DNA of 64,000 bases from a virus, in the IMG/VR virus record IMGVR_UViG_3300044946_000048, positions 1 to 64,000 of that record; one strand, 5' to 3'. Shown piece after piece: positions 44,766 to 54,437 of the stretch. Every line of letters starts with the position of its first letter. Within the stretch, counting starts at the first letter, position 1. The position numbers were made by a program, and so were the translations under genes. Below the pieces are notes generated by a model. It was not told where the DNA came from, searched no databases, and worked only from the letters and a program-made list of their open reading frames with translations.

Positions 44766-45545
44766 ATGGCAAGGAAAATTTTACATAAAAACAAAACAAG
44801 TACTCGTCGCGAAGCGGCGATTCGCAACTACTATAAAGGTCTGAGAAATTCTTCGGGAACGGTGGAATCAGCGGCAACTCAGCTATGTAGACGATACGAA
44901 GGCCTTTCACAGAAACCCACGCCGAAGCGCTCCAATGGATATAGTCGGGTAGTGAACGAAGCTTTTGCAGTTGTTAAGGCTTTAGAAAGCAGGAATCCAC
45001 TACCAACGGTTTCAAGTCCACGAAACACGGAAGCAAAAGAATTCCTTCGCGTTCGTGAAGCAATACGTTCTGCGACAGCGGACGCCATTGACAACTTGCC
45101 AACTATACTTGAGGACGAGCCCGAAGAGGTGGTTGATTCGTTTGACGACTCCGATGAGAGAATAAAAGAAATCTCCGAACACGTAGTTTCCGGGATCGCT
45201 CGCAACAATGTTTCAAGTGAAACAAGAAAACCACCGACTTTGCGGGAAGTGAAATTTCTCCACGAACCGGGTGACAAGTATGCTAGAAGTAAAGGGGCAT
45301 GGGTAGAACCTGTAGACAGAGATGGTTTTCCAGACAGGCTATATTGGTTTAAGAAAACTCCACTAGGACATGTTGAATACAAGTACGGAAATAATAAACC
45401 GGACCCGCACCAGGCTGTGAAAATTCAAGAACTTCGTAATACCTTCGGTTATGACATGGCTCGTGTTTTCAACAACTTGAACGATTTCGAATCGTGGATT
45501 GATCGCCGCATTAAAGAAGTGCTTGACAATGTGTCTCAGAATTGA
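44766..45545 (+). CDS. Hypothetical protein
   Basis: AAGGA RBS; 259 aa. Confidence 0.55.
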   Translation: MARKILHKNKTSTRREAAIRNYYKGLRNSSGTVESAATQLCRRYEGLSQKPTPKRSNGYSRVVNEAFAVVKALESRNPLPTVSSPRNTEAKEFLRVREAIRSATADAIDNLPTILEDEPEEVVDSFDDSDERIKEISEHVVSGIARNNVSSETRKPPTLREVKFLHEPGDKYARSKGAWVEPVDRDGFPDRLYWFKKTPLGHVEYKYGNNKPDPHQAVKIQELRNTFGYDMARVFNNLNDFESWIDRRIKEVLDNVSQN

Positions 45546-45551
45546 TATAAC
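45523..45551 (+). promoter_or_regulatory. Sigma70-type promoter
   Basis: TTGACA-N17-TATAAC with extended TG. Confidence 0.6.
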
Positions 45552-45571
45552 TGTAGCTAGGAGGAAACACC

Positions 45572-45967
45572 ATGCTTACAGATGTATCACTTGGGATGAG
45601 AGTCTCGCACCCAGATTTACAAATCGGTAAAGTTGTGGAACTGAATGATTCGAAGATGGTAGTCCAATTCGGACGCCATGACGTTCAGTTCTCTAAGGAC
45701 GAGCCGTCGCTATCGGTTGTAGAGAAGGGGCACTGCCACGCAGTTGCGGCATACGGCCTCGGCAGCAAAGGCGAAACAGTTCTCTCGGTTATGAAAGACG
45801 GTTTGTTTCGCTCGTTACAAGAAATATCTGAATTGTCCGAATACGAAAGCCTGACGGGATTGTCAGCTTGCATCCGGGCATTTAGAAAATCAGAAAACGG
45901 CGGGCACACCATTGACAAAAGAAAGAGAGAAGGATCAAACGAGTACGAGTACCGTCTCGTTGCCTAG
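45572..45967 (+). CDS. Winged-helix-like hypothetical protein
   Basis: SLQEISE...SACIRAFRK...GGHTIDKR...YEYRL. Confidence 0.55.
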   Translation: MLTDVSLGMRVSHPDLQIGKVVELNDSKMVVQFGRHDVQFSKDEPSLSVVEKGHCHAVAAYGLGSKGETVLSVMKDGLFRSLQEISELSEYESLTGLSACIRAFRKSENGGHTIDKRKREGSNEYEYRLVA

Positions 45968-46805
45968 CAGAGGAGAAATACATGAGTTGGCACTTTTCGC
46001 GGGCGCTGGCGGAGGAATACTTGCGAGTGAACTCCTCGGGTGGAGAACTGTCTGCGCAGTTGAAATTGAGCCCTATCCAGTCGCTATTCTTGCACAAAGA
46101 CAGAATGAAACAATTCTCTCGCCTTTCCCGATATGGGATGACATTCGGGATTTTAGAGGAGAGCCTTGGAGAGGAATTGTTAACTTGGTATCGGGGGGAT
46201 TTCCTTGCCAAGCCTTCTCAACAGCAACGCACGGGAGATCAACAGCAGACGACCTCTGGCCTGAAATGTACCGCGTCGTGGAGCAAGTTAGACCCCAACT
46301 CGTTTTCGCCGAGAACGTATCAATCAAAGCAATCTCAAAAGCAGCAGCAGACTGCCGTAAAAGCGGATATAGAACTATTACACTCGCCCTTTCTGCGGCG
46401 GACTTGGGCGCAGACCATAACCGATCCCGATATTGGCTTCTTGCATACGCCGACGACAGCGGCGAATTACTTAGCTCCATCAATGTACAAACATCAGGGA
46501 TGCAAGAATTATATCCGTGTGTTTGGTCAAAAAAGCCCCAGGGCTGGACAGCAGAATCTGTCAACGAAAGGCACGGACTCAACAGCACAAGACAGCGACA
46601 AACAAAACGAGGGTGCGAAGCGCTGGCCTTACGAAGCGAACGAGAGCCCGCGTCCGAATCCGATAGATCAAGAGTGGTTAATGGGGTGGCCTCCTGGATG
46701 GACAGATATAAAGCCATTGGAAATGGACAGGTACCAGCAGTGGCGACAGCAGCATTTCTCGCCTTGTGTCACTTCGCAGCAAAAGAACTTAAAAAAGGAG
46801 AATAA
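45912..46805 (+). CDS. C5 cytosine DNA methyltransferase, alpha polypeptide
   Basis: FAGAGG (I), GGFPCQ (IV), ENV (VI), HNRSR (VIII), AIGNG (X); motif IX absent; start uncertain (TTG 45912 or 45987). Confidence 0.88.
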   Translation: MTKEREKDQTSTSTVSLPSRGEIHELALFAGAGGGILASELLGWRTVCAVEIEPYPVAILAQRQNETILSPFPIWDDIRDFRGEPWRGIVNLVSGGFPCQAFSTATHGRSTADDLWPEMYRVVEQVRPQLVFAENVSIKAISKAAADCRKSGYRTITLALSAADLGADHNRSRYWLLAYADDSGELLSSINVQTSGMQELYPCVWSKKPQGWTAESVNERHGLNSTRQRQTKRGCEALALRSEREPASESDRSRVVNGVASWMDRYKAIGNGQVPAVATAAFLALCHFAAKELKKGE

Positions 46806-46989
46806 CATGACAGAGAGAACTTGCGAAAAATGTGGTGTGCCCTATAAAAGAGATAAAGGATATAAGCACAGGGACGGAAAGTGCATTTCTCAAACCAGTG
46901 AGCCGCGAAAGAAAAATAAAGTAGATGAAGTGGTAAATCTTTTAACTACAGAACAATTGAGAGAATTGGTTAAGAAATCTTTGCAATAG
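45982..46989 (+). CDS. Overlapping-frame beta polypeptide of the methyltransferase
   Basis: AGGAG RBS and ATG; carries motif IX-like NPIDQEWLMGWPPGWT; reads on into a probable separate ORF starting at 46807. Confidence 0.7.
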   Translation: MSWHFSRALAEEYLRVNSSGGELSAQLKLSPIQSLFLHKDRMKQFSRLSRYGMTFGILEESLGEELLTWYRGDFLAKPSQQQRTGDQQQTTSGLKCTASWSKLDPNSFSPRTYQSKQSQKQQQTAVKADIELLHSPFLRRTWAQTITDPDIGFLHTPTTAANYLAPSMYKHQGCKNYIRVFGQKSPRAGQQNLSTKGTDSTAQDSDKQNEGAKRWPYEANESPRPNPIDQEWLMGWPPGWTDIKPLEMDRYQQWRQQHFSPCVTSQQKNLKKENNMTERTCEKCGVPYKRDKGYKHRDGKCISQTSEPRKKNKVDEVVNLLTTEQLRELVKKSLQ

Positions 46990-47005
46990 TTTTGCCGGAG
47001 TATCA

Positions 47006-49141
47006 ATGGGATTTTTCAAAGACATTGCAATGCCTTTGGTTAGTCGAGGTGTATCTGTAATCCCTCTCAGTCCGAAGACTAAGATTGCGTTCCTGAAGAA
47101 TTGGCAGGAGCTAGCATCCACGGACCTGACAGCCGTCGAGAGATGGGATAAGGAATACCCGGACGCTAATTGTGCGTGCGTGGCCTTTGCAAAGCCTGAG
47201 GGTGTGTGGTTCTTAGAACTGGATCGAGAGAACTATCACCAAGAGATTGCAAAGCAGACGGGCATGAAGATGCCTGTCACGTTCATGGTTCGCAGTTCGC
47301 CAGGACGAGGGCACTACTATTTCAAGCAGACGGCTGCCAGCATCGCCATGGGTAACCGCCAGGCCGAGGATGCGCAGGGAGAACTGTGGAGCGCACGAGT
47401 CGATAAGCGTTACGTGGTCTCTCCTGGTAGCATACACCCTAAGACGGGGATGCCATATGAAGTAGTGCGTAACACGCCGATTATAGAAGCGCCCGATTGG
47501 TTGGTTCAGTGGTGCTCAGGGCAGATTGTGTCTGCACCTAAGATAACGGATGCCCTCGAAGAGTCTCCGATCATCGAGGGTTCACGCAACAATACCATCA
47601 CGAGCCTGCTAGGCAAGGCAAGACAGAACCTAGGCATGGACCGAGACCAGTTGCTGGAATTCGGTTTGAGCCTGAACCAAAAGCGTTGTCATCCTCCGCT
47701 GCCTGACAGCGAAATAAAGACCATTGCAAACTCTGTGGCTCGTTACAATGTTGTGCCCACGGGACCGTCAACGGTTATCATGGGCCAGACGGATGCAGAT
47801 AAGAAGGTGCAAGCGGAGAAAAAGTCTACGCTTGAGAGCACGATTCGTGCTGCCAATCCGAAGTTGAGCGATGCGACAGTTGCTCGCATGGTTCATCAGA
47901 TACAGGCAGGATGCGAAGAGGAATATAATTCAGCCAACGGAAGCAAGCCAGACTTCATACATTCTGATGCGTTTGCCAGCACACGATTGAGCGATATCTA
48001 TCAGGAAGTGTTCGAGCCGAACGACTGGCCGCTTGTGATGGCTCTGCCTGCATTAGTTACGGCGGCGTCTGTAGTGGTGCCGCCACAGCCTAGGCCAGAG
48101 TCTGGGATGATGATAGGCGACGATCCTATGGTCAGTCTGTATACTGCGCTGATTGCAGAAGTGAACGCAGGCAAGTCACAGATGATGAAATGGGCCGCAC
48201 GAGCAATCGGCATCATGCCCGAGGACGAAACCTTAGGCACGCACTATTACGAAGGCAAGTGGGGCTCCGGCGAGCAGATGCTGAGAGCGATACAAAAGAA
48301 GCAGAGCAATTTCGTAAACAGGACCGTGTTGATAACTTCAGACGAATTGTCGCACTTGTTCGCGAAGGCAACCATCGAGAAGGCGTCTCTGCCGATGGTT
48401 TTGGATACCGCCTTCTACAAGAGGCATCACAATTTTACGCTCGGCGGGCACAACGGCGGCACGGAATATAATTTGAATGTCGCTATGAGTCTCATCGGGG
48501 GTATTGTGGAATCCGAATTCGATACCGTATTCGGTGCGGGCACATTGGGCGGACTATATGACAGGTTTTTATTCGGACGTGCACCAACAAATTTCAAGTG
48601 GGATTATAGGCCATGCCCGATTCTAGAAACGAGGCAATGGTCAACCTGGGACATGAAGCCTGTGCGCCAGGATGCCTCTGTCTGGGAAGTTACCAAGGGA
48701 TGGAAGAGAAAGAATCCAGAGATGGGACGTATATCAGAACTGTGCGTCCGCATCGCTACCATCTTCGCATCCGTAGACGGTAGGTCGGAAATTACGGGCA
48801 AGGATATCGAGCCGTTGGAATCCCTAGCCGCTAACCAGCTTAACATCCGTGGCGTCTATCAACCGAACGCAGGCTTGAATTATGAAGCCGTGTTCGCTAA
48901 CAAGGCTTTGGCTTGGATTGACGACAAAGCCACAGAATGGAAGTCAATCCGAGATTTGAAGCGTGATTTGAAGCGTGTCGAAGCAAAGGTCGGGCCTGTC
49001 ATAGCATTGCGCACGTTGAGAAGCCTAGCCTACAGCGGCAGTATCGATATGTGGGAGTCCAAGGACGAAACCAAGAACCCGAGACCGACGGATTATGTTG
49101 GTGGAGACATTAAAATTGGGCTCGTGAGAAAGGCAAGATAA
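47006..49141 (+). CDS. Bifunctional primase-polymerase with PriCT-1 and C-terminal P-loop domain
   Basis: VIPL...K, GRGHYYF, YVVSPGSIHP, EGSRNN, AEVNAGKS. Confidence 0.85.
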   Translation: MGFFKDIAMPLVSRGVSVIPLSPKTKIAFLKNWQELASTDLTAVERWDKEYPDANCACVAFAKPEGVWFLELDRENYHQEIAKQTGMKMPVTFMVRSSPGRGHYYFKQTAASIAMGNRQAEDAQGELWSARVDKRYVVSPGSIHPKTGMPYEVVRNTPIIEAPDWLVQWCSGQIVSAPKITDALEESPIIEGSRNNTITSLLGKARQNLGMDRDQLLEFGLSLNQKRCHPPLPDSEIKTIANSVARYNVVPTGPSTVIMGQTDADKKVQAEKKSTLESTIRAANPKLSDATVARMVHQIQAGCEEEYNSANGSKPDFIHSDAFASTRLSDIYQEVFEPNDWPLVMALPALVTAASVVVPPQPRPESGMMIGDDPMVSLYTALIAEVNAGKSQMMKWAARAIGIMPEDETLGTHYYEGKWGSGEQMLRAIQKKQSNFVNRTVLITSDELSHLFAKATIEKASLPMVLDTAFYKRHHNFTLGGHNGGTEYNLNVAMSLIGGIVESEFDTVFGAGTLGGLYDRFLFGRAPTNFKWDYRPCPILETRQWSTWDMKPVRQDASVWEVTKGWKRKNPEMGRISELCVRIATIFASVDGRSEITGKDIEPLESLAANQLNIRGVYQPNAGLNYEAVFANKALAWIDDKATEWKSIRDLKRDLKRVEAKVGPVIALRTLRSLAYSGSIDMWESKDETKNPRPTDYVGGDIKIGLVRKAR

Positions 49142-49728
49142 TGCATAAATTACCGGAGCCAAACAGTATGAGTAAATCAGAACTGGATGCAGAAGTAGCC
49201 AAACTCGAATTAGAGAAGTTACTTAGCGACGATTTTTACGAAAGATGGCGCAGAAGAGATGAAGATCACAAGGATATTTCTGAGTGCGTTAATTGTAAAA
49301 AGTCATATCATAATTCTATATGGGAAGACGCTGGAAAAGACCCGCGTAGATGGCAACTACAAATCTGTCGAGTGTGTTTCTATGATTTGAACAAGAATCT
49401 AACTCCAGAACTGGAACTGCTTTTTAAATTAGTAGATAAGCAAAAAGAACTCAATGCTGTTGAAGACGGGTTACGTGAAGCATATGATACTCTAATAAAG
49501 GAACAACGCACTCCAGCCAGAATAGAGCTAGACGCATATCAAAAAGAACAAGGCGTCTGTTGGTTTGGTCCTCAGCCAAGACCAGAAGGTTTCGTGGGCG
49601 GCCCAGAGAAAAGCCGAATCAAGGCTGTCTTCGGACTTGATATGGGCGGAGAAAAGGGTGTATCTAAATCAAAAGAAATGATTTTTATGCCACCCACTAT
49701 AATTTTAGACGAAGGAGGTTTCGAATGA
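49141..49728 (+). CDS. Hypothetical protein
   Basis: Colinear ORF with CxxC motifs. Confidence 0.5.
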   Translation: MHKLPEPNSMSKSELDAEVAKLELEKLLSDDFYERWRRRDEDHKDISECVNCKKSYHNSIWEDAGKDPRRWQLQICRVCFYDLNKNLTPELELLFKLVDKQKELNAVEDGLREAYDTLIKEQRTPARIELDAYQKEQGVCWFGPQPRPEGFVGGPEKSRIKAVFGLDMGGEKGVSKSKEMIFMPPTIILDEGGFE

Positions 49729-50198
49729 TTCATTATTGGGAATGTAAAATCTGCACAAGCCAATGGAGAACTTGCTGCTTCGGAGAAATGTTCGAGTCTC
49801 CTGAACAACGAGAATTAAATCGTCGAAAACCATATCATTTTTGCGATCATTGTTTTCTAGAATTAGAAAAGACTGACAAGCCTCTACTGCACGTTTTGCA
49901 CTTGAAACAGAGACTTGAAAAGAAGAGCGAAGAGTTACGAAAGGTCGTTGACGATTTAACTGCTATATTGGGTTTCGGATATGAGCATCATCTTAAAGAC
50001 CTTCTAAGGGAATTAGGAGCGAAGAAAATTAAGAGCGGAGAAATTCCGTGCTAGTCAATTTATCAATAAACTTACAGAGAGGCGAATCCCCAACGTGTGC
50101 AGCTTGCGGGCACAAGATGTCCTCACACGTCGTAAATGCACAAGGTGATGCAATTTGTTTCGGATGTACAAATACGTGCAATGCAATGGTAAAGGCAA

Positions 50199-50888
50199 AT
50201 GAAGATAATAAAGCCAAGCTTCAAATTCAGCAACCCGTACCAGGACAGACTAACTCCTGAAGACGGGCTCAAGATGCTCAGGTTCATCGAACTTCAGGCG
50301 AGGATATCCCATCGCTCCGAAGACAAGCAGACGGGAGACACCTGGAAGAAATTTATCGAAGCCGTCGTGATTAAGCATGGGGACTGGTCGGTTACAGAGC
50401 ATTGCTCCATCACAGCGACGATTCGCACAGACCGAGGCGTGACGCATGAGTTGGTTCGCCACAGGCTGTTTAGTTTCACCCAGGAGAGCACGAGGTTTGT
50501 AAGGTACAAGGCGGCAGACGCACCGATGGACCTTAACGCTGGAATGGAATTCATATATCCTGAAGAGGCACCCGAGGGCTGCTTTGCGAATTGGGATTTA
50601 GCAATGAGCGTATGTGAGGATGCTTATAGAGACCTTCTGAAGGCAGGATGGCGTCCGCAGGAAGCACGCAGCGTGTTACCGAATGCACTGGCGGCAACGA
50701 TAGCAGTCACAGGCAATCTCCGTAATTGGAGACACTTTTTCTTGATGCGTACTTCGAAAGAAACGCATCCAGACTTCAAGCGAATCACGATTCCGATGCT
50801 TGCGGAGTTTCAAAGAATAGTACCGTTGTTGTATGACGACATTGTTCCTGAGAACAGGCAAGTCGATAACTTGAGGTTAGTGCGATGA
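50199..50888 (+). CDS. thyX: Flavin-dependent thymidylate synthase
   Basis: THELVRHRLFSFTQESTRFV; EARSVLP; NLRNWRHF. Confidence 0.93.
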   Translation: MKIIKPSFKFSNPYQDRLTPEDGLKMLRFIELQARISHRSEDKQTGDTWKKFIEAVVIKHGDWSVTEHCSITATIRTDRGVTHELVRHRLFSFTQESTRFVRYKAADAPMDLNAGMEFIYPEEAPEGCFANWDLAMSVCEDAYRDLLKAGWRPQEARSVLPNALAATIAVTGNLRNWRHFFLMRTSKETHPDFKRITIPMLAEFQRIVPLLYDDIVPENRQVDNLRLVR

Positions 50889-51229
50889 ATAGAGCGTATC
50901 AAAGGATATGGAGGCGTAATCGAAGGTTAGCGGGGTTATGCGCTCGTTGTTCTAGAAAACGAAAGAAGAACTCGAATGTTTGCGAGGCTTGCACCGCGTC
51001 TTCATCTATATTTAAAATCAGAAAGACGGATAGAACAAAAGCCAAGGAAGCAAAGAATAAGAAGTGTATCATATGTAATCGTCGCGTACCTTTAGAAATA
51101 GATCACTGTCACAAGACGGGCAAGTTTCGGGGCAGAATATGCCATCGTTGTAATATGGGCCTCGGTCAATTCAGGGATAGCATAAGGCTGTTGATAAGAG
51201 TAATTCTGTATCTCCGAGGAGAGTTATGA
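50885..51229 (+). CDS. Endonuclease VII-type homing endonuclease
   Basis: CIIC...IDHCHKTGKFRGRICHRCNMGLG. Confidence 0.85.
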   Translation: MNRAYQRIWRRNRRLAGLCARCSRKRKKNSNVCEACTASSSIFKIRKTDRTKAKEAKNKKCIICNRRVPLEIDHCHKTGKFRGRICHRCNMGLGQFRDSIRLLIRVILYLRGEL

Positions 51230-52866
51230 CGAAGATGAGCAAGTTTGCGCAAGATATTATGTGCCAGAAGTACAGCCACTTAAACAAGGAAGGCGAGAAA
51301 GAAACATGGGACAACATAGCATATCGAGTGAGCAAGAAGGTGCTGCAAGCCGTGCATGCTTCAACGAGCCAGATCGAGCAAACCAAGAATCTGATACAAC
51401 AGCGCAAATTTATACCGGGTGGGAGATATCTTGCAGCGACTGGACGCTTATATCATCAGGTGAACAATTGCTTTTTGTTCCGTGCAGAGGATTCGAGGGA
51501 AGGTTGGGCAGACCTGATGCACAAGGCTACGCTTTCACTGATGACTGGAGGCGGTATTGGGTGCGATTATTCAGACGTGCGGGAGAAAGGCAGACTAATC
51601 CGAAAGACTGGTGGAGAAGCCACGGGTCCGATTGCTTTGATGCAGATGGTCAACGAATCGGGACGCTATATTATGCAGGGCGGCTCACGGCGTTCAGCGA
51701 TATGGGCAGGCTTAAACTGGTCGCATCCTGACATTCAGGAGTTTATCCGATTGAAGGATTGGAGCGAAGTAGTATGCCAGGAAAAGCTGAAGAATTTCAA
51801 TTTCCCGGCGACAATGGACATGACCAACATTTCCGTGCTACTAGATGATGAATTCTTTGAGGCATACAACGATGACAAACACGAACAGCATACATTGGCA
51901 CAATCGATCTACTGGAGCACCGTGCGCCATATGTTGGAGACAGGCGAACCCGGATTTTCCATTGACACTGGAAGGAATAGTCGAGAGACACTTCGAAACG
52001 CTTGCACGGAAGTTACCTCAGCGGACGATTCCGATGTCTGCAACTTGGGCTCTATTAACATGGCTCGAATCGAATCCTTGGAAGAAATGGCACACGCGGT
52101 GGAATACGGAATTGCTTTCCTTCTTGCTGGAACCGTCTATTCCGACATTCCGTTTGCCGGAGTGGACAAGATTAGAAATAAGAACCGCCGTCTGGGACTT
52201 GGCCTTATGGGACTTCACGAATGGCTGCTCAGACACGGAAAGAAGTACGGACCAGACGAAGAACTAGGAAAGTATCTGGAGATTTATGCAAGAGCAGACG
52301 AATTCGTTAAGCCTTACGCAAAGAAGTGGGAACTCTCTCAGCCAATTAAGACACGAGCAATCGCTCCTAACGGTACTATCGGAATCGTCGCTGAAACAAC
52401 GACTGGCGTTGAGCCGATATTTTGTGCCGCTTATAAACGACGCTATCTCAAAGGTGATGTCTGGAACTTCCAGTACGTGGTTGACCCTACTGCAAAAACA
52501 TTACTGGATGCAGGAGTGCCTCTGGAATTAATCGAGGATGCATATGATTTGGCGAATGATGTTGAAAGACGAGTATCCTTTCAGACTTGGGTCCAACAGT
52601 ACGTGGACCATTCCATCTCCAGCACTATTAATCTGCCAAGATGGGGAAGCGAACTCAATAATGAAAACAAAGTACGGAATTTCGGAAACATGCTCATCAA
52701 GTATCTTCCGAATCTTCGGGGGATCACAGTTTATCCTGACGGAGCAAGAGCAGGACAGCCACTGAACCCTGTGCCGCTGGCTGAAGCATTAAAGAATGAG
52801 GGGCATGTGTACGAAGAATCCGGAACAACTGTGTGCGACGTGACTCGTGGAGGTGTCTGTGGATAA
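51226..52866 (+). CDS. nrdJ: Ribonucleotide reductase, class II (B12-dependent)
   Basis: FIPGGR, NNCF, GGGIG, RRSA, GEPG, NACTE, CNLGS, IAPNGT, SISSTINL; no beta-subunit gene nearby. Confidence 0.85.
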   Translation: MTKMSKFAQDIMCQKYSHLNKEGEKETWDNIAYRVSKKVLQAVHASTSQIEQTKNLIQQRKFIPGGRYLAATGRLYHQVNNCFLFRAEDSREGWADLMHKATLSLMTGGGIGCDYSDVREKGRLIRKTGGEATGPIALMQMVNESGRYIMQGGSRRSAIWAGLNWSHPDIQEFIRLKDWSEVVCQEKLKNFNFPATMDMTNISVLLDDEFFEAYNDDKHEQHTLAQSIYWSTVRHMLETGEPGFSIDTGRNSRETLRNACTEVTSADDSDVCNLGSINMARIESLEEMAHAVEYGIAFLLAGTVYSDIPFAGVDKIRNKNRRLGLGLMGLHEWLLRHGKKYGPDEELGKYLEIYARADEFVKPYAKKWELSQPIKTRAIAPNGTIGIVAETTTGVEPIFCAAYKRRYLKGDVWNFQYVVDPTAKTLLDAGVPLELIEDAYDLANDVERRVSFQTWVQQYVDHSISSTINLPRWGSELNNENKVRNFGNMLIKYLPNLRGITVYPDGARAGQPLNPVPLAEALKNEGHVYEESGTTVCDVTRGGVCG

Positions 52867-53875
52867 CAAGTCTAAAGTGCTATTTATTTTGAAGCGTCAC
52901 TCTTATTGCTATCCTCACCACTATTTTCCACGGTACGGGGGCATGTCCAGCGGGCTGCACAATTCGGCGCAGTTCGTTAGTCAGATGCTGACGAAGAATG
53001 GTGTGGACTCTAAGGTGGTAGTAGTCATAGACAACAATGATATAGACAGAGAAGTTTACAATTATAAGCCTACTCATGTCGTAATTGAAGCCCTCTGGGT
53101 CGTTCCTGAGAAATTTGAAATACTCAAGAAGCTTCACCCAAACGTTCGATGGATTGTGCGCACGCACAGTGAGATTCCGTTTCTTGCGTTGGAGGGGATA
53201 GCGATAGATTGGATTAAGCGATATCGAGGTGACGGGATAGCGGTAGCGGTTAATTCACTGCGCACGCAAAGAGATTTAGAAAATTCAATCGGGGTTGACA
53301 TTGAGTATTTGCCAAACTACTATCCAACAGACTTCAGGCATTTCTATTCTAGCGACGACGGAATTCTGAACGTGGGCTGTTTCGGCGCAATCCGTCCTAT
53401 GAAGAACCAGCTTCTACAGGCGATGGCAGCTATCTCATATGCTAATTCCACGGGTCTCTCACTAGCTTTTCACATAAACGCAGGGAGGGTAGAGCAGGGC
53501 GAATCCGTTCTAAAAAATCTTGAAGCGTTGTTTGCGGGAACCTCGTATGCGCTAGTCAAGCATGGATGGGAAGATTCGGAATCATTTCTGTCCATCGTCC
53601 AGGGAATGGATTTAGTTATGTCCGTATCTCTTACAGAAACCTTTTCATTGGTTACAGCAGACGCCGTCTCTCAGGGAATTCCAATTGTTACGTCTCCTGA
53701 GGTTAGTTGGGCTTGGAAAGCCGCTCAAGCTGATCCTACGAACGCAGCGGACATTGAGAGAAAAATGCATTATGCTCTCTGTTGCCCGGCTCTGACATCG
53801 TGGATTAATCAAACTAAGTTGAAGAGATACTCAGAAAAGTCTCAAAGCATTTGGCTAGATTATTTAAATCGATAG
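52847..53875 (+). CDS. GT-B (family 4-like) glycosyltransferase
   Basis: FGAIRPMKN; SLTETFSLVTADAVSQGIPIV. Confidence 0.75.
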   Translation: MEVSVDNKSKVLFILKRHSYCYPHHYFPRYGGMSSGLHNSAQFVSQMLTKNGVDSKVVVVIDNNDIDREVYNYKPTHVVIEALWVVPEKFEILKKLHPNVRWIVRTHSEIPFLALEGIAIDWIKRYRGDGIAVAVNSLRTQRDLENSIGVDIEYLPNYYPTDFRHFYSSDDGILNVGCFGAIRPMKNQLLQAMAAISYANSTGLSLAFHINAGRVEQGESVLKNLEALFAGTSYALVKHGWEDSESFLSIVQGMDLVMSVSLTETFSLVTADAVSQGIPIVTSPEVSWAWKAAQADPTNAADIERKMHYALCCPALTSWINQTKLKRYSEKSQSIWLDYLNR

Positions 53876-53884
53876 GAGAATACA

Positions 53885-54256
53885 GTGGAATTAAACGAAT
53901 ATCAACGAGCGGTACTGAAGACAGCGGTTTATCCTGGCATGGGCATCAAAGAGGGATTCGAGTACACTCTCTTCGGCATGTTGGGAGAAGGTGGAGAACT
54001 CGCTAATAAATATAAGAAGATTCTCCGCAATCGGGAGCAGTACGCAGCCCACCGAGCACTATTAATGGATGAGTTAGGTGACGTACTCTGGTACGCACTT
54101 GCAGTTGCTTCCGAACTAGGATATACTCTAGAGGAAGTCGCCGCTTTCAATCTCGCCAAACTTGCCGCAAGACAAGCCACGGGAACGCTCAAGCAGCACG
54201 GAGAATATAGCTTACACGAAGTGTCTGAATGTAAGCCTGGAGTTTGTGTAAAATAG
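53885..54256 (+). CDS. MazG-like NTP pyrophosphohydrolase
   Basis: GEGGELA...DELGDVLWY...NLAKL. Confidence 0.88.
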   Translation: MELNEYQRAVLKTAVYPGMGIKEGFEYTLFGMLGEGGELANKYKKILRNREQYAAHRALLMDELGDVLWYALAVASELGYTLEEVAAFNLAKLAARQATGTLKQHGEYSLHEVSECKPGVCVK

Positions 54257-54437
54257 GATTGGGGTTGTATGCAGCGCAAGTTGAAAGAAATAATAGAGTG
54301 TGCATTATGCAAAGAACATATCAGATTAGCCTTCTGCTTGCGTTTCTTTGAGCATCTATTCGAGCATCACAAGTTTGACAATCACGTGGAAGTCGGAACG
54401 CATGTTCTGAATCATGTGCTTACGGAGAAGCAAAAGA

